The position numbers and the translations under genes were made by a program. The notes beneath the pieces are model-generated. The model ran no database searches. It was not told the origin of the DNA and saw only the letters and a list, made by a program, of their open reading frames with translations. This document shows, piece by piece, positions 11,731 to 22,011 of a stretch of 64,000 nt of DNA. The stretch is from Corallochytrium limacisporum Hawaii (lineage: Eukaryota > Protista > Pluriformea), in assembly GCA_002811645.1 (NCBI GenBank), contig PDIP01000015.1:1-64000 (forward strand). The letters run 5' to 3'. Positions within the stretch are counted from its first letter, which is position 1; each line of letters begins with the position of its first letter.

Positions 11731-14580
11731 ATGGAGAATTCAGGGTCTCCAGCTGAACAGCGGCCGTTTCAAGAGCGATATGCAAAGCACATGAATGCAT
11801 TTCGAGACCACTACGACGCCGCCTCCCGCAAAGGCAAGAAGTGTCTTGTCTTGGCATCTCCAGTACGAGGAGAGAGACCAGAAATTTACAAATGGCCACT
11901 GTTAATGGAAGACGAGTATGACCCTGCGTCAGATTTGCTGGATACCATTCGCTTGGTGCTTGGTGAATTTGGAGACCAGGAAGGGGTTGTAAGCATGACA
12001 TATGGTGTGGATCGCAAATCCTATAGCAGTATGCGGAAACTATGTGATCATTTCAATGCGTACATCATGCACGCGTTGAGCAAAACGGAATCTAAGGGTT
12101 TGTTACAGAGAGAGGTTACGAGACTTTGGGCATCACACATCTGCCGTCAGACCTACAACCGCAGTATTGATGACCCCATGAAATTGAATGAGTACTCGGC
12201 CTTCACAGAGGAAGTGTACGGTGAATTCAGCTATGAAATGTTCGACCATGTGATCCAGACTGTTGGAATAGGACCTGAAGATATCTTTCTCGATTTGGGA
12301 TCGGGTGTTGGACAAATTGTCGTCCAGGTGGCCACGCAATGTAAAGCAAAATTGTCGTATGGCATTGAGAAGAACGATGTGCCAGCAGGTTACGCCAAGC
12401 TCATGTCAAAAAATTTTGACCGACTGATGGCATTCTACGGAAAAGAGCACGGGAAATATGTCATTGAACAAGGAGATTTCCTTGAGGACAGGGTCATCGA
12501 GTACATAAAAAAGGCCACGGTTATTTTCTGCAATAATTTTGCCTTTGGACCGAAGGTCAATCACCATCTGTCCCAGCGGCTATTGGATGCACAAGACGGT
12601 GCTGTGATTATTAGTTCGCTCACCTTCGCACCACTGCATTTCCGCATCAGCGAACGCACGATTGGAGACATTGGTGCCATTCTGGATATTCGCAAGGTCC
12701 ATTACGACGGTGCTGGCGGTGTCAGTTGGACCGATAAACCATTTGACTACTTCATCTCCACTGTGAACCGCGGTAAAGTGGAGAAATGGTTCAATGATCG
12801 TATCAATCAGATCAACAATGGGGAGGCGGTAAGTGACAGTGACGAGGAAGGCCGAAGAAGGGCTAGGCATCGCGCGCGTCATCGTCGAATTATGGCGGAA
12901 TCGGACGAGGACACAGACGACGATGATGACACAGAGTCCAGCTACTCAAGCGAAGATGACGACAGTGACGAAGACGACGAAGATTTGAAGGAGTATCAAG
13001 CCGGCGTGTACACGCATAAAAAGAACAGGAAGCGCCAGAAAGCAGAGAAGAAAGCCAAAGCGTCAAAGATGCACAACCGACACAAGATCAGGCGGAAGGA
13101 CTCTCAGACCTCTCAAACGAAGCTGAGTCAATTGAGCAAGGAAGAGCTTGCTATCAAACGGCGGGAACGCAAGGAAAAAGATCTCCAGAAGATTTTGGCC
13201 ATTAAAATGCGGGGTGTGGATGAGAATCTGCACCATTTCATTCTCAGACCTCCGAAGGACGCTATCGATAGCATCAACAAGATGCATGCATCCCATCGCC
13301 AACGACTGGAAAGCTTCATGCGGACACGCTTCGAGGGAGATCTAGCGAAGAGAATTGCAGACGCGAATAGAAAGCGATTGGAGGGGGCTAGAGACAAGAA
13401 CAAGACTCTGCGTAGACACCTGAAGGATATTGTGAATGAGGTCATGGAACTGAACAAAGATTCTCAGAATCTGGCCATTGAGCGAATGAAACTGTTGGAC
13501 ATTCCAGCAGACGATGAAATGGCCCAGATGAGATCTTTGGTGAAGATCATGGAAGAGAACGCCAGTTTGAATACCAAGATTAGTAACCTGCGTAGTCAGA
13601 CAGCAATGCTCAATCGTGACAATGCTAACGTCAAAAGCGAGGCTGCCAAGGTCCTGGCCCGCAACAAGCCGCATATTGAAGCAAGCGAAGATCTCCAGGA
13701 GGCCATCCAGTTCATCACTACCTTCTTCCGCATCCCGCCAGGGGCTGCAATGCAAATCATTGAGACCGGTCGGGACGAGAAAGAAGTGGTCAGTAATTTG
13801 CGGAGTTTGATGAAATCGGCAGACTACGGCATAGGCTCTGGAGGATCTCTGCGGGCATCTTTGCCACCGGGCCAGGGACCTCCTTCGAGTGCAGACGGAG
13901 GCCGGAGGTCTTCACAAGGTGGGCACAGCCAACAACTGCCGCCGATGGGCGGACCACCACCAAAGGCTACCGGGCCTCCACCACCCGTTGGACCGCCACC
14001 TTCTCAGCCGCCACTGCCTATCAATGTGGCCGCTGGAGGTCCAGGGCCGAACGACCGCAGAGGCCCACCGCCCCCAGGGGTTGGTGACGATCATCGCGGA
14101 CCACGGGGAGCACCTCCGCAAGCGTATGGTGGAGCGCTCCCAGAGCGCAGAGATAGTCAGCGGGGCCCTCCTCCACCCCGAGGCGACCCCAGAGGCGACC
14201 TCAGGGCCGCTGGTGGTTACGACCCTCGCGATCCTCGGGGACGAATGCCGCCGCCTTCTGGGCGATCTCCCATCAACGAAGGTCGTGATTTACGGGCAGA
14301 TTCTAGAGGTGATCCGAGGGACCCAAGGGGAGGGGCGCCACCGATGCATCGCGACAATCGGGACGGCCGAGGCGGTGGGTATGGCGGACCGCCTGTGCAC
14401 CACCTCAGGGCACCCTACGAAGTTGGCCCACCACCTCAGGGCATGGATGGTGGTGCTCAGGGTGGACCTCCCGGCGGTTACTGGGATGATCGCAGGGGCA
14501 GGGAACCACCAAGGGATTATGGACGAGGGCCGCCGCCTCAAGGCTATCGAGGCGCGCCGCCCCAAGATCGGCGATATTAA
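11731..14580 (+). CDS. DOT1L: DOT1/DOT1L histone H3K79 methyltransferase
   Basis: EVYGE, FLDLGSGVGQ, YGIEK, GDFL, IFCNNFAFG and VSWT motifs, followed by acidic and basic tracts, coiled coils and a P/G/R-rich tail. Confidence 0.95.
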   Translation: MENSGSPAEQRPFQERYAKHMNAFRDHYDAASRKGKKCLVLASPVRGERPEIYKWPLLMEDEYDPASDLLDTIRLVLGEFGDQEGVVSMTYGVDRKSYSSMRKLCDHFNAYIMHALSKTESKGLLQREVTRLWASHICRQTYNRSIDDPMKLNEYSAFTEEVYGEFSYEMFDHVIQTVGIGPEDIFLDLGSGVGQIVVQVATQCKAKLSYGIEKNDVPAGYAKLMSKNFDRLMAFYGKEHGKYVIEQGDFLEDRVIEYIKKATVIFCNNFAFGPKVNHHLSQRLLDAQDGAVIISSLTFAPLHFRISERTIGDIGAILDIRKVHYDGAGGVSWTDKPFDYFISTVNRGKVEKWFNDRINQINNGEAVSDSDEEGRRRARHRARHRRIMAESDEDTDDDDDTESSYSSEDDDSDEDDEDLKEYQAGVYTHKKNRKRQKAEKKAKASKMHNRHKIRRKDSQTSQTKLSQLSKEELAIKRRERKEKDLQKILAIKMRGVDENLHHFILRPPKDAIDSINKMHASHRQRLESFMRTRFEGDLAKRIADANRKRLEGARDKNKTLRRHLKDIVNEVMELNKDSQNLAIERMKLLDIPADDEMAQMRSLVKIMEENASLNTKISNLRSQTAMLNRDNANVKSEAAKVLARNKPHIEASEDLQEAIQFITTFFRIPPGAAMQIIETGRDEKEVVSNLRSLMKSADYGIGSGGSLRASLPPGQGPPSSADGGRRSSQGGHSQQLPPMGGPPPKATGPPPPVGPPPSQPPLPINVAAGGPGPNDRRGPPPPGVGDDHRGPRGAPPQAYGGALPERRDSQRGPPPPRGDPRGDLRAAGGYDPRDPRGRMPPPSGRSPINEGRDLRADSRGDPRDPRGGAPPMHRDNRDGRGGGYGGPPVHHLRAPYEVGPPPQGMDGGAQGGPPGGYWDDRRGREPPRDYGRGPPPQGYRGAPPQDRRY

Positions 14581-14683
14581 TTAATACACAATTTCTATTG
14601 GATCCTCGAGGATGAGAACGAACAAAATACAGTACTAGCGAAAATTATTGAATGAAACATGATTATATGTATGCAAATGAAGT

Positions 14684-15226
14684 TCAGATCTCCAGATACC
14701 CGCTGCTCTCATTCAGTGAAATATTGTCAATACTGGCAAAATATTTACGTTGGCGCTCCAGTTCCTTAGCAGCAGCATCCTTGTCAAAGGCAGGGCGGAA
14801 TGGCTTAGCACGTCCCCCTTTGGAGGCTGTCTTGGGGCTCTCACTGATATTCTCCTTGTTGGCGTCATCCACCTTCTGACCGAGTTCCTTCTCATCTTCT
14901 GCTTCCGAGACCGCTCCGGTTGTGCTCTCTTCCTTGGCAGCCTTGGAAGCCTTCCGTTCCTTGAGCTTGGCAGCCAGGCCCCTGCTCCTTGCGACGGGCT
15001 TCACTAAAATCGGAGTTGATGAGGTCTTTTCCTCATTTGCCTGGGACAGCACAGCAGGGATTGACGATGCAAATCCAAACTCGTCAGGGCTCGCCTCAAA
15101 GTTCTTGGAGAGGCGAGAAGACCGTGACTTTTTATGTTCGGCAGACTCTTGTGGTGTGGAGTTGGTTGGATTTAGGGGTGAAGAAGCATGGGCTCTGCCC
15201 ACTCGAACTTGCCTAGTGCGTGGCAT
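14684..15226 (-). CDS. Putative Sororin (cohesin protector) orthologue, 180 aa
   Basis: Disordered protein with FGF (DEFGFA), KEN box (NKENI), several S/T-P sites including SPK, and C-terminal ERQRKYFASIDNISLNE resembling the Sororin domain. Likely start aacaagATG at 15226 (alternative 15292). Confidence 0.65.
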   Translation of the reverse strand: MPRTRQVRVGRAHASSPLNPTNSTPQESAEHKKSRSSRLSKNFEASPDEFGFASSIPAVLSQANEEKTSSTPILVKPVARSRGLAAKLKERKASKAAKEESTTGAVSEAEDEKELGQKVDDANKENISESPKTASKGGRAKPFRPAFDKDAAAKELERQRKYFASIDNISLNESSGYLEI

Positions 15227-16010
15227 CTTGTTTTGCTTGTAGGAGTCGCGCGTTGTGGCCCCGATGTGTGGACAGTTCTTTTTGGTGCACATTTCCTGAT
15301 CAGTACTTTGCACATATGTTTGAGATATTTCATACCACAATGATCAGATCAATTGTGAACAATGAACTACAGCTTTCAAAGGGAAGAGGGTAACGAATGT
15401 CTAAACCGTACGTATAATTTCCGCAATTGAGATATATAACCGCATACCAACACCACCATCTGAGACCCATTCGCGAGACCCTCCCCGGTGAGACCCTTGC
15501 CAATCAGTACTAAATGTATAAGATGACAAGGGAAAAGGATACACAAAGAACAATGTCCAACGGGTGGGTGGCGACAAGACATCCGACAGCCGGGGCCTTA
15601 CTTTTCCCCCTCTCTCCGCTTTCCTGTGTTTGAATTCTTGGCGCTTCTGTTCACTATTCAATTTCAATGGCGAATATTTCTCAAACCCCTCACCCTGCCC
15701 TGTCCAGCTTCCGAGAGCGAAACTTGCCAGCACCACAAACGTGAGCCGCCCCCCACTCTCCACTCGCCCCAATTTGGGAGGACGAGGTGGAGGACGAAAA
15801 AGGGACTCCCGTTGTGTGAGAACTTGGATCCAACCCTCCCGTTTTGCGGAGGGCGAGGGTTAGTATCGATGCGAAGAGTCCGGCATCCAAACGATGCCAC
15901 ATAATCCGAAGTTGTCTACAATAGCATTTGATTTTTCACACCAAAACGATTAACTAAAATGTCTTTAACATGGTTGGCCTTGTTGTCACTGATATCAATG
16001 GATGAATTGT

Positions 16011-17360
16011 TCACATATGATCCTTCAAGGTGGCAAACCGCTCGGCGGCCTTGCGCAGAGTGGCGTCGTCTTTACAGAGGCAGAATCTAACCTTGTTATC
16101 TGCTAGGTGACGATATTGTGGTGTGTAAAAGGCGCTTGGAGGGATACCAGTGACCCCAATTTCCTTAGTCAGCCATCGAGCCACCTGAAAATCACGACGC
16201 TCGCCCAGATCGGTATCAGGTGTGGCTGTGGACGGCGGAATAGGCAACTTCGAAGTGTCGCACATAACAAAGTATCCCCCCTCAGGGATCACTGGCTCCA
16301 TGCCACAGGCCTTCAGGGCGTCGACCAAAATGTTTCGCTTCTTCTGTAGCCGCTCTTTGAGCACTGTGTAGTAGTCTGTGTTGCGGGCAATCATTAGACC
16401 TTCGGCCACAGCGACCTCAATGGGTGGTGCGTTGCAGAAAGAAGTGACCTGACGGATTAGCAGCAAAGGTTTCGACAGGTGTGGCGGTGCAATGCTGTAG
16501 CCACAGCGCCAGCCAGTGGCACTGAAGGTCTTTCCAGCACTGAACAGAGAAATTGTCCGCTGTCCCATGTCCGGCAGAGTGGCAAAGTGCACATGTTCGA
16601 GACCGTCAAAGGTCATATGTTCGTAAACTTCGTCAGAGAGTACAATGATGTCGGGATGTTTACGCAAAATCATAGCGATGCTCTCGAACTCTTCCTGCGA
16701 GAACACTTTACCTAATGGGTTGCTCGGAGTGTTGAGGATGATCATCTTAGTCTTGGCCGTGATCTTGGACTCGAGCTCGTCGACGTCAAACTTCCATTGG
16801 TTGGCAGTCTGTCCTTCCAAAGGTCCCTTTGGGGGTCTCAGGGGCACACCAACGAACTCCGCACCAGCAAGATCCACCGCGCTCTTGTACGCATCAAAGT
16901 AAGGTTCAAAACATACCACTTCATCTCCAGCGTTCAGAAACGCCTGAGCAGTAGCGAAGATACCCTCCTGTGCGCCGCTGAAAGTAACGACTTCCGTCAT
17001 GGGATCAATCAAATGTCCGAATTGTCCTGAGTACTTGTCTGAAATTAAATTCACAAGTTCAGGGATACCACCAGGCCGTGCGTATTGATTGCGATTGTGG
17101 GAAATGGCATCAATGGCAGCCTTTTTCACGAAATCAGGGGCAGCGAAGCTTGGGAACCCCTGGCCAAGATTGACAGCCTGGTGCTCTAGGGCCAGTTGTG
17201 AAAACTCCGCAAAGACGTTACCCCGCAATACACTCGTGCGCTCGGCACTCAAGTTCTGTTGAGGCAGCACTGCGGCAACATGAAAAGCTCGCCGCACAAC
17301 ATGATTGTGTGCTTGGTGCCGCAAGTTTTGCACGACTACCTTACGACTGATGCTCAACAT
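16011..17360 (-). CDS. KYAT: Kynurenine/glutamine aminotransferase (class I PLP), probable mitochondrial presequence
   Basis: NLGQGFP, NTPSNPLGKVF, SDEVY, SAGKTFSATGWRCGY (PLP lysine), GGYF, VRFCLCK; Arg-rich N-terminus. Confidence 0.93.
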   Translation of the reverse strand: MLSISRKVVVQNLRHQAHNHVVRRAFHVAAVLPQQNLSAERTSVLRGNVFAEFSQLALEHQAVNLGQGFPSFAAPDFVKKAAIDAISHNRNQYARPGGIPELVNLISDKYSGQFGHLIDPMTEVVTFSGAQEGIFATAQAFLNAGDEVVCFEPYFDAYKSAVDLAGAEFVGVPLRPPKGPLEGQTANQWKFDVDELESKITAKTKMIILNTPSNPLGKVFSQEEFESIAMILRKHPDIIVLSDEVYEHMTFDGLEHVHFATLPDMGQRTISLFSAGKTFSATGWRCGYSIAPPHLSKPLLLIRQVTSFCNAPPIEVAVAEGLMIARNTDYYTVLKERLQKKRNILVDALKACGMEPVIPEGGYFVMCDTSKLPIPPSTATPDTDLGERRDFQVARWLTKEIGVTGIPPSAFYTPQYRHLADNKVRFCLCKDDATLRKAAERFATLKDHM

Positions 17361-17816
17361 TCCGAATGGTACTTTCGAAGTATTCGCGCATATGATACAT
17401 ATGATTCTGCGGAAACTTCGTAGTCATTAGCATCACACAGTGCGACAGTTGAAATACAGGTACTCTGTTTCAATTACGGAAAGTAAGAACTAGTCCAAAA
17501 CAAAGGAAGAGCTGTTGTATCGGATGAAACTCATGCAACGGGGTGTCTGTGTTTCCAACTTGCTCGGGCCCACCAACCTGTCAACACATGAGCCTGACGA
17601 GGGACGGGAAAGAAAGGGGGGGGGGGGCATGGCCACCGTCCTCGCAAATTGGGGCGTTTTCACTGGCTTTTTATGTTTCGCATTGGTCCGTCTTGTGTTG
17701 TTAGAAAGTGCTTATATTTCTCGGTGGTCATTGAGGGTAGATCAAGCACTCAGTCGAACCCAAAAATTAATTCACTTGTCCTTAATTACCAAAACTTAAA
17801 GAAGTCGACCAGAAAA

Positions 17817-18335
17817 ATGGCCGAGGTTGAGAAGAACCCGAACCATCCGCTCAAGATAGTCTACTGCGCACGCTGCGGGCTGCCACCGGAGTACTGTGAA
17901 TGGGGACCTAACGATCTGAAGGAATGCCGCAAGTGGCTGGTCGATAACGAACCTGAACTAGCTACTGATCTTGGCCTCGGGGAAGCCGGTGAAAAGCTGG
18001 AGAATCTCCAAGTGGAGGAGGGTGGCAAAAAGAGCAAGCGAGGCGGTAAGGCCTTGAAGAAAGCCAAACAAGCTGGTGAAGCTCCTGTGGGTGGTGATGT
18101 CACGATCAAATCAGAAAAACGCAAAGGCAAGAAGTACACAACCACAGTCACTGGTCTGGCTGGCTACGGAATTGATCTTAAGGCTGCATCCAAAACCTTT
18201 GCTCAGAAGATGGCTGCCAGTGCCAGCGTAGATAAGGAAAACATCCAAATTCAGGGCGACTGCGCTGATGAGATCATGGAGTTGATCCTGGAGAAGTTTC
18301 CGCAGGTACCAGAAGCAAATGTTACCGTCGGATGA
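17817..18335 (+). CDS. DENR: Density-regulated protein / Tma22 (SUI1 domain)
   Basis: VYCARCGLPPEYCEWG and C-terminal SUI1 domain (RKGKKYTTTVTGL...IQIQGD). True start MAEVEK at 17817. Confidence 0.93.
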   Translation: MAEVEKNPNHPLKIVYCARCGLPPEYCEWGPNDLKECRKWLVDNEPELATDLGLGEAGEKLENLQVEEGGKKSKRGGKALKKAKQAGEAPVGGDVTIKSEKRKGKKYTTTVTGLAGYGIDLKAASKTFAQKMAASASVDKENIQIQGDCADEIMELILEKFPQVPEANVTVG

Positions 18336-18468
18336 GTGTCTGTACGTTTTTGTTGATTTCATCACCATGTATTCCTTTGTGCCTTTGGTCATGTGTTCCA
18401 AGTGTATTTTAAAAACTTATCCGTGCAATATCTACCGTTCCGCTTAATAATTGTGTCACATTTAGCCG

Positions 18469-19302
18469 TTAGATGTAGTAGAGATTGAGCTGTTTGGCCA
18501 CGATTACTTCGCCTGGCGCATTCCTCTTCGCATCTACCATCGGGGTCCCTTCCCTATCACTGTAGAGCCATTTGTCTTTGTACCGAGCACTAAAGTGGCC
18601 TAGCACTAGTTTCCTGGCCCGCAGATGCTTCGCTGCCAATCCCGCCTCAAGGGCTGTGGAGTGCCCCCATTTGCGTATGTGTTCTGGGGTTCGGTCCGTA
18701 GCAAACGTGGCTTCGTGGTAGAGAATATCCGTGGTATGTTCAGTCCCTGTGACATCCGCGTCGCCCGAGACTGTTGGCAGAATATCTTTGAACGCCTCAG
18801 CGGTACCATCATGCCATAGATCACCGAGAATGACAATTCTGTGGCCTTTATGGTCTGTAAATTGATAACCAAAGCAATCTATCCGGTGGGTGATAGGGAA
18901 TTTCTGTACTGAGACTCCACGGGAGGTTTGGAATTCGTGGTCCTCCACCCATTCCATGTCAAAGCCAAGAGGCCATGAGTCAGTCATTTTCAATGTGCTT
19001 TCTACAAACGCTCTGAGTGTTGCAGGCCCTATGACTCGCAGGATCTTCTCTCTCCGGTTTATGGACATCCATGTCAGGATCGCCGGAAGACCGAAAACAT
19101 GGTCTCCGTGCATGTGTGTGATACATATGGCTCCGATTTTGCCTAGAACTGATATCTCTAGCTTCATCAATTGTTGCAGAGACCCGTCGCCGCAGTCCAC
19201 TAGGAAGTGTTCGCCGGATCCAATCACAACAACACCGGATACATTCCGTTCCGCAGTACAGGTCCCGGCGGATATGCCTAAGATTCCAATGCCTTGAAGC
19301 AT
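18469..19302 (-). CDS. Short-form RNase Z-like metallo-beta-lactamase
   Basis: LGISAG...RNVS, LVDCGDG, THMHGDH, HEATF, GHST, LGHFSARY motifs; flexible arm absent. Confidence 0.88.
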   Translation of the reverse strand: MLQGIGILGISAGTCTAERNVSGVVVIGSGEHFLVDCGDGSLQQLMKLEISVLGKIGAICITHMHGDHVFGLPAILTWMSINRREKILRVIGPATLRAFVESTLKMTDSWPLGFDMEWVEDHEFQTSRGVSVQKFPITHRIDCFGYQFTDHKGHRIVILGDLWHDGTAEAFKDILPTVSGDADVTGTEHTTDILYHEATFATDRTPEHIRKWGHSTALEAGLAAKHLRARKLVLGHFSARYKDKWLYSDREGTPMVDAKRNAPGEVIVAKQLNLYYI

Positions 19303-19744
19303 GACGTCTACAGGCGCTGCCCCGGAACAGCTTGCATGGCCTCTTCTTCGTCAGTTCCTACCAATATCTCTCCTTTATTTGACTACGATTCATTGAAGTC
19401 GGTTTCGGCTCTCATGTAGCCAGCAATCTGTCGATCTACGGCAAGCATGGTCTACTGACTCACTCTCATGGTGTAAAGTTACGAGTAAGGGCAGCCAACC
19501 CAGGGGGGCCACACCCCATATTCATCGAAACAACGGGAGGGGAGGGGATAGGTGGGACAGTGGATCCGCGAACTGCGTTGCCATTCTGACTCGTATCAAG
19601 ATGCCCGTGATTGTTTCTGTAATTGCGATATACTATGCAGTGTACAAGAGAGTGCGATGGACACATATAAGACACCAGTTCAAATCTATTCTCCAGTGTC
19701 GGCTGCAGGTCTGTGTCCCTTTGTGTCTCAGGCTAGGATGTTCC

Positions 19745-21004
19745 CTATTGATCACAGTAAACACGGAACAGACTCAGATTCGAAGTTGACTCAAGGTCGA
19801 AAGTTTTCTGAGGGGGAATGAGCAGGGCGGTGCCAGTGACCAAAGCAATGGCAGTGTCCGGGTCCTCAACCTGTCCATTCGGGTACAGGAAGCCCTGGCC
19901 AGAAGTGATCAGCACAACGCTGAGCCCAGTCCCGGTCATCATCCGAATGAGATCCTCCTTGTGCATCTGAATGCGCTCCACAGCATACTCACGGATCGGT
20001 GGTTCGTACCTCTCCACCCACTGAGAGATCGACACACTCTTCAGCATTACTGACTCCAGTCCCGAATGGCCGTAGTTCAACATATCGACGAGCAGATCAA
20101 TGTCCTTATGCTTGCTAGTCAGTCCAGCACGCACCACATTGTCCGAGCTGGCCATGACCTCAAAGATGTCACCAGAAACGTAACAGTGGGGTACGTTGGG
20201 TTGAATAAAGAGAGCCTGGCCAGGAGTTAGGCTCACCACATTCATGATCATACTCAATACGATACCGTAGTCACCTGGATGTTGCTCCTGTAGGGTAAGG
20301 GCCACATCCTCGTTGGGATCCAAAGAACCCTTTGCATGCTTTATCTCTAGCTCTGCAACAAGCTGCTCTACGAGGTCTTCCTCATCATACTTGTCCTCAG
20401 CCTTGACCATGTTCTCAAAAACGGTCTTCAGAGCCTCACCGACCTCCATGGCGCTTGCCTTCTTATTGTCCACGGCCTTCTTGAGAGCTTTCACGGCGTC
20501 CTTGCCCGCGGCTTTCGTAAGGGCGGAGTACTCCTTTAAAGTTTTGACAATGTCTGCACCATCACGGAAACCACAAAGGGTGGTGAAATCAGTCAAAGCA
20601 ATTGCGATCTCGGGTTTGTGGTTGGGATCTTTGTAGATGTCCGGCTTTTCCGCGTGAAGCTGTTCTGCACGACCCTTGTCTGGATGAGCCTGAATGGAGA
20701 GAGCCTTATTAATACTTAGTACCTTAGCCATGAAGGGCAGTCCATCTCCATAGGCTGCCTGCACAGTGGAGCTCAGCAGGCCGTTCTGTTGAATGTACTG
20801 CTTCAACTCCATTGGAGGATCAACCACCCGGGCAGGTCCACTAGGATGGGTACCGAGCCAGAATTCAGCGTAGGTCTTGTTCGGGCTCAATAATTTGACA
20901 GCGCTGTTGGCAAAGGCGATGTTAGCGGCAAGGCCATCATTACCCCTTTTTCCCCAGTCGTACAGTTGAATCGCCCCAGTGAGCGATGGTACGTCTCCGG
21001 ACAT
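19745..21004 (-). CDS. MPI: Mannose-6-phosphate isomerase, type I
   Basis: YDWGK, AEFWLGTHP, LSIQAHPDK, YKDPNHKPE, SDNVVRAGLT motifs. ATG at 21004. Confidence 0.96.
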   Translation of the reverse strand: MSGDVPSLTGAIQLYDWGKRGNDGLAANIAFANSAVKLLSPNKTYAEFWLGTHPSGPARVVDPPMELKQYIQQNGLLSSTVQAAYGDGLPFMAKVLSINKALSIQAHPDKGRAEQLHAEKPDIYKDPNHKPEIAIALTDFTTLCGFRDGADIVKTLKEYSALTKAAGKDAVKALKKAVDNKKASAMEVGEALKTVFENMVKAEDKYDEEDLVEQLVAELEIKHAKGSLDPNEDVALTLQEQHPGDYGIVLSMIMNVVSLTPGQALFIQPNVPHCYVSGDIFEVMASSDNVVRAGLTSKHKDIDLLVDMLNYGHSGLESVMLKSVSISQWVERYEPPIREYAVERIQMHKEDLIRMMTGTGLSVVLITSGQGFLYPNGQVEDPDTAIALVTGTALLIPPQKTFDLESTSNLSLFRVYCDQ

Positions 21005-21966
21005 GCTGCTTTCCACGTCTGGCAGAGCCTACCACTGCGTTCTGTGTTTAAACATTCAGAGCAGTCTTACATTGTCCTTCACGGTGACATGTGAGTTCTC
21101 TAATACCTGAATTAGAGAGGTCGTCAACAGTCAAACGTCAATTTCCCGCGGCCCGGTGATGCCAGGTCTAGTACTGTGGATATGATGGTTGCGATCGGTT
21201 CCCATTGAAGAAGAACGCAGAAAGACCAGATCCCACCCACATCACGGGGCCCGCCCAAGGGAAAGTCTCACTGTTTTTCTTATTTTCGCTCTTTTTGGGC
21301 CCCACTTTCATACAGTTTCGATCGCTCGGGGCGGTGGCAAACCGTGCAACTAACAAAGCAGCAATGCTACTTGTAAACTGCTCATTGTGAAGGTGACCCG
21401 CAAAAACATACGCAACCAAACCCACCGACAGCTTTTAGGGCAGATGTGACGCAAAGTGGCCTATTGGATAGAACTCCGGGGAGGTCTTGCAAGCACAGCA
21501 AACAAATAAGTACGGTACACTGGTAGTGGTGAAGCACATAGTACTACACCGCTGCCCACACAGTGCGCAGATACCATACTGATGACCTATCGGAAAAATG
21601 TGTGCAACGCATGGCTGCTGCATCGAGCACATAATCAATGTATCCACCATTCCGTGCTCTCTGTCCTTACAGCAAACAGAAACGGACTTAGCTCTGGTAT
21701 ATAAATGGAGAGTGTGGGCAGTAGGCTGCGGGGTTCCCTCAGCTGGTGGAAAGGGAATGGACGAGGCTTTGACACCTAGCGATCACTGCATCAACGAAGA
21801 CTTGCGTACTTCCCCATGTGCAGAAGTTGCCCATCTGAATCGGTACAAGGACATGGAGTATACTGGTACGCCTTCACCGCGGTGGGTTGGCGCGCAAAGG
21901 GACGAAAAGGTGTTCTCCCCGATTCTTCCTTCATTTTCTATTCCGTTCCTTCATTTTCCGTTTTTG

Positions 21967-22011
21967 CCCCCCCCCCCCCCCCCCCCCGGGTCCCGGGGGG
22001 GGGGGGGGGGG
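21967..22011. repeat. C21-GGG-T-CCC-G17 near-perfect palindrome
   Basis: Read directly: C run 21967-21987, gggtccc, G run 21995-22011. Confidence 0.9.

Noticed and set aside
21534-21610. Hammerhead-like ctgatga...gaaa core
   Set aside because: Stem I does not form and stem II is only 1-2 bp.
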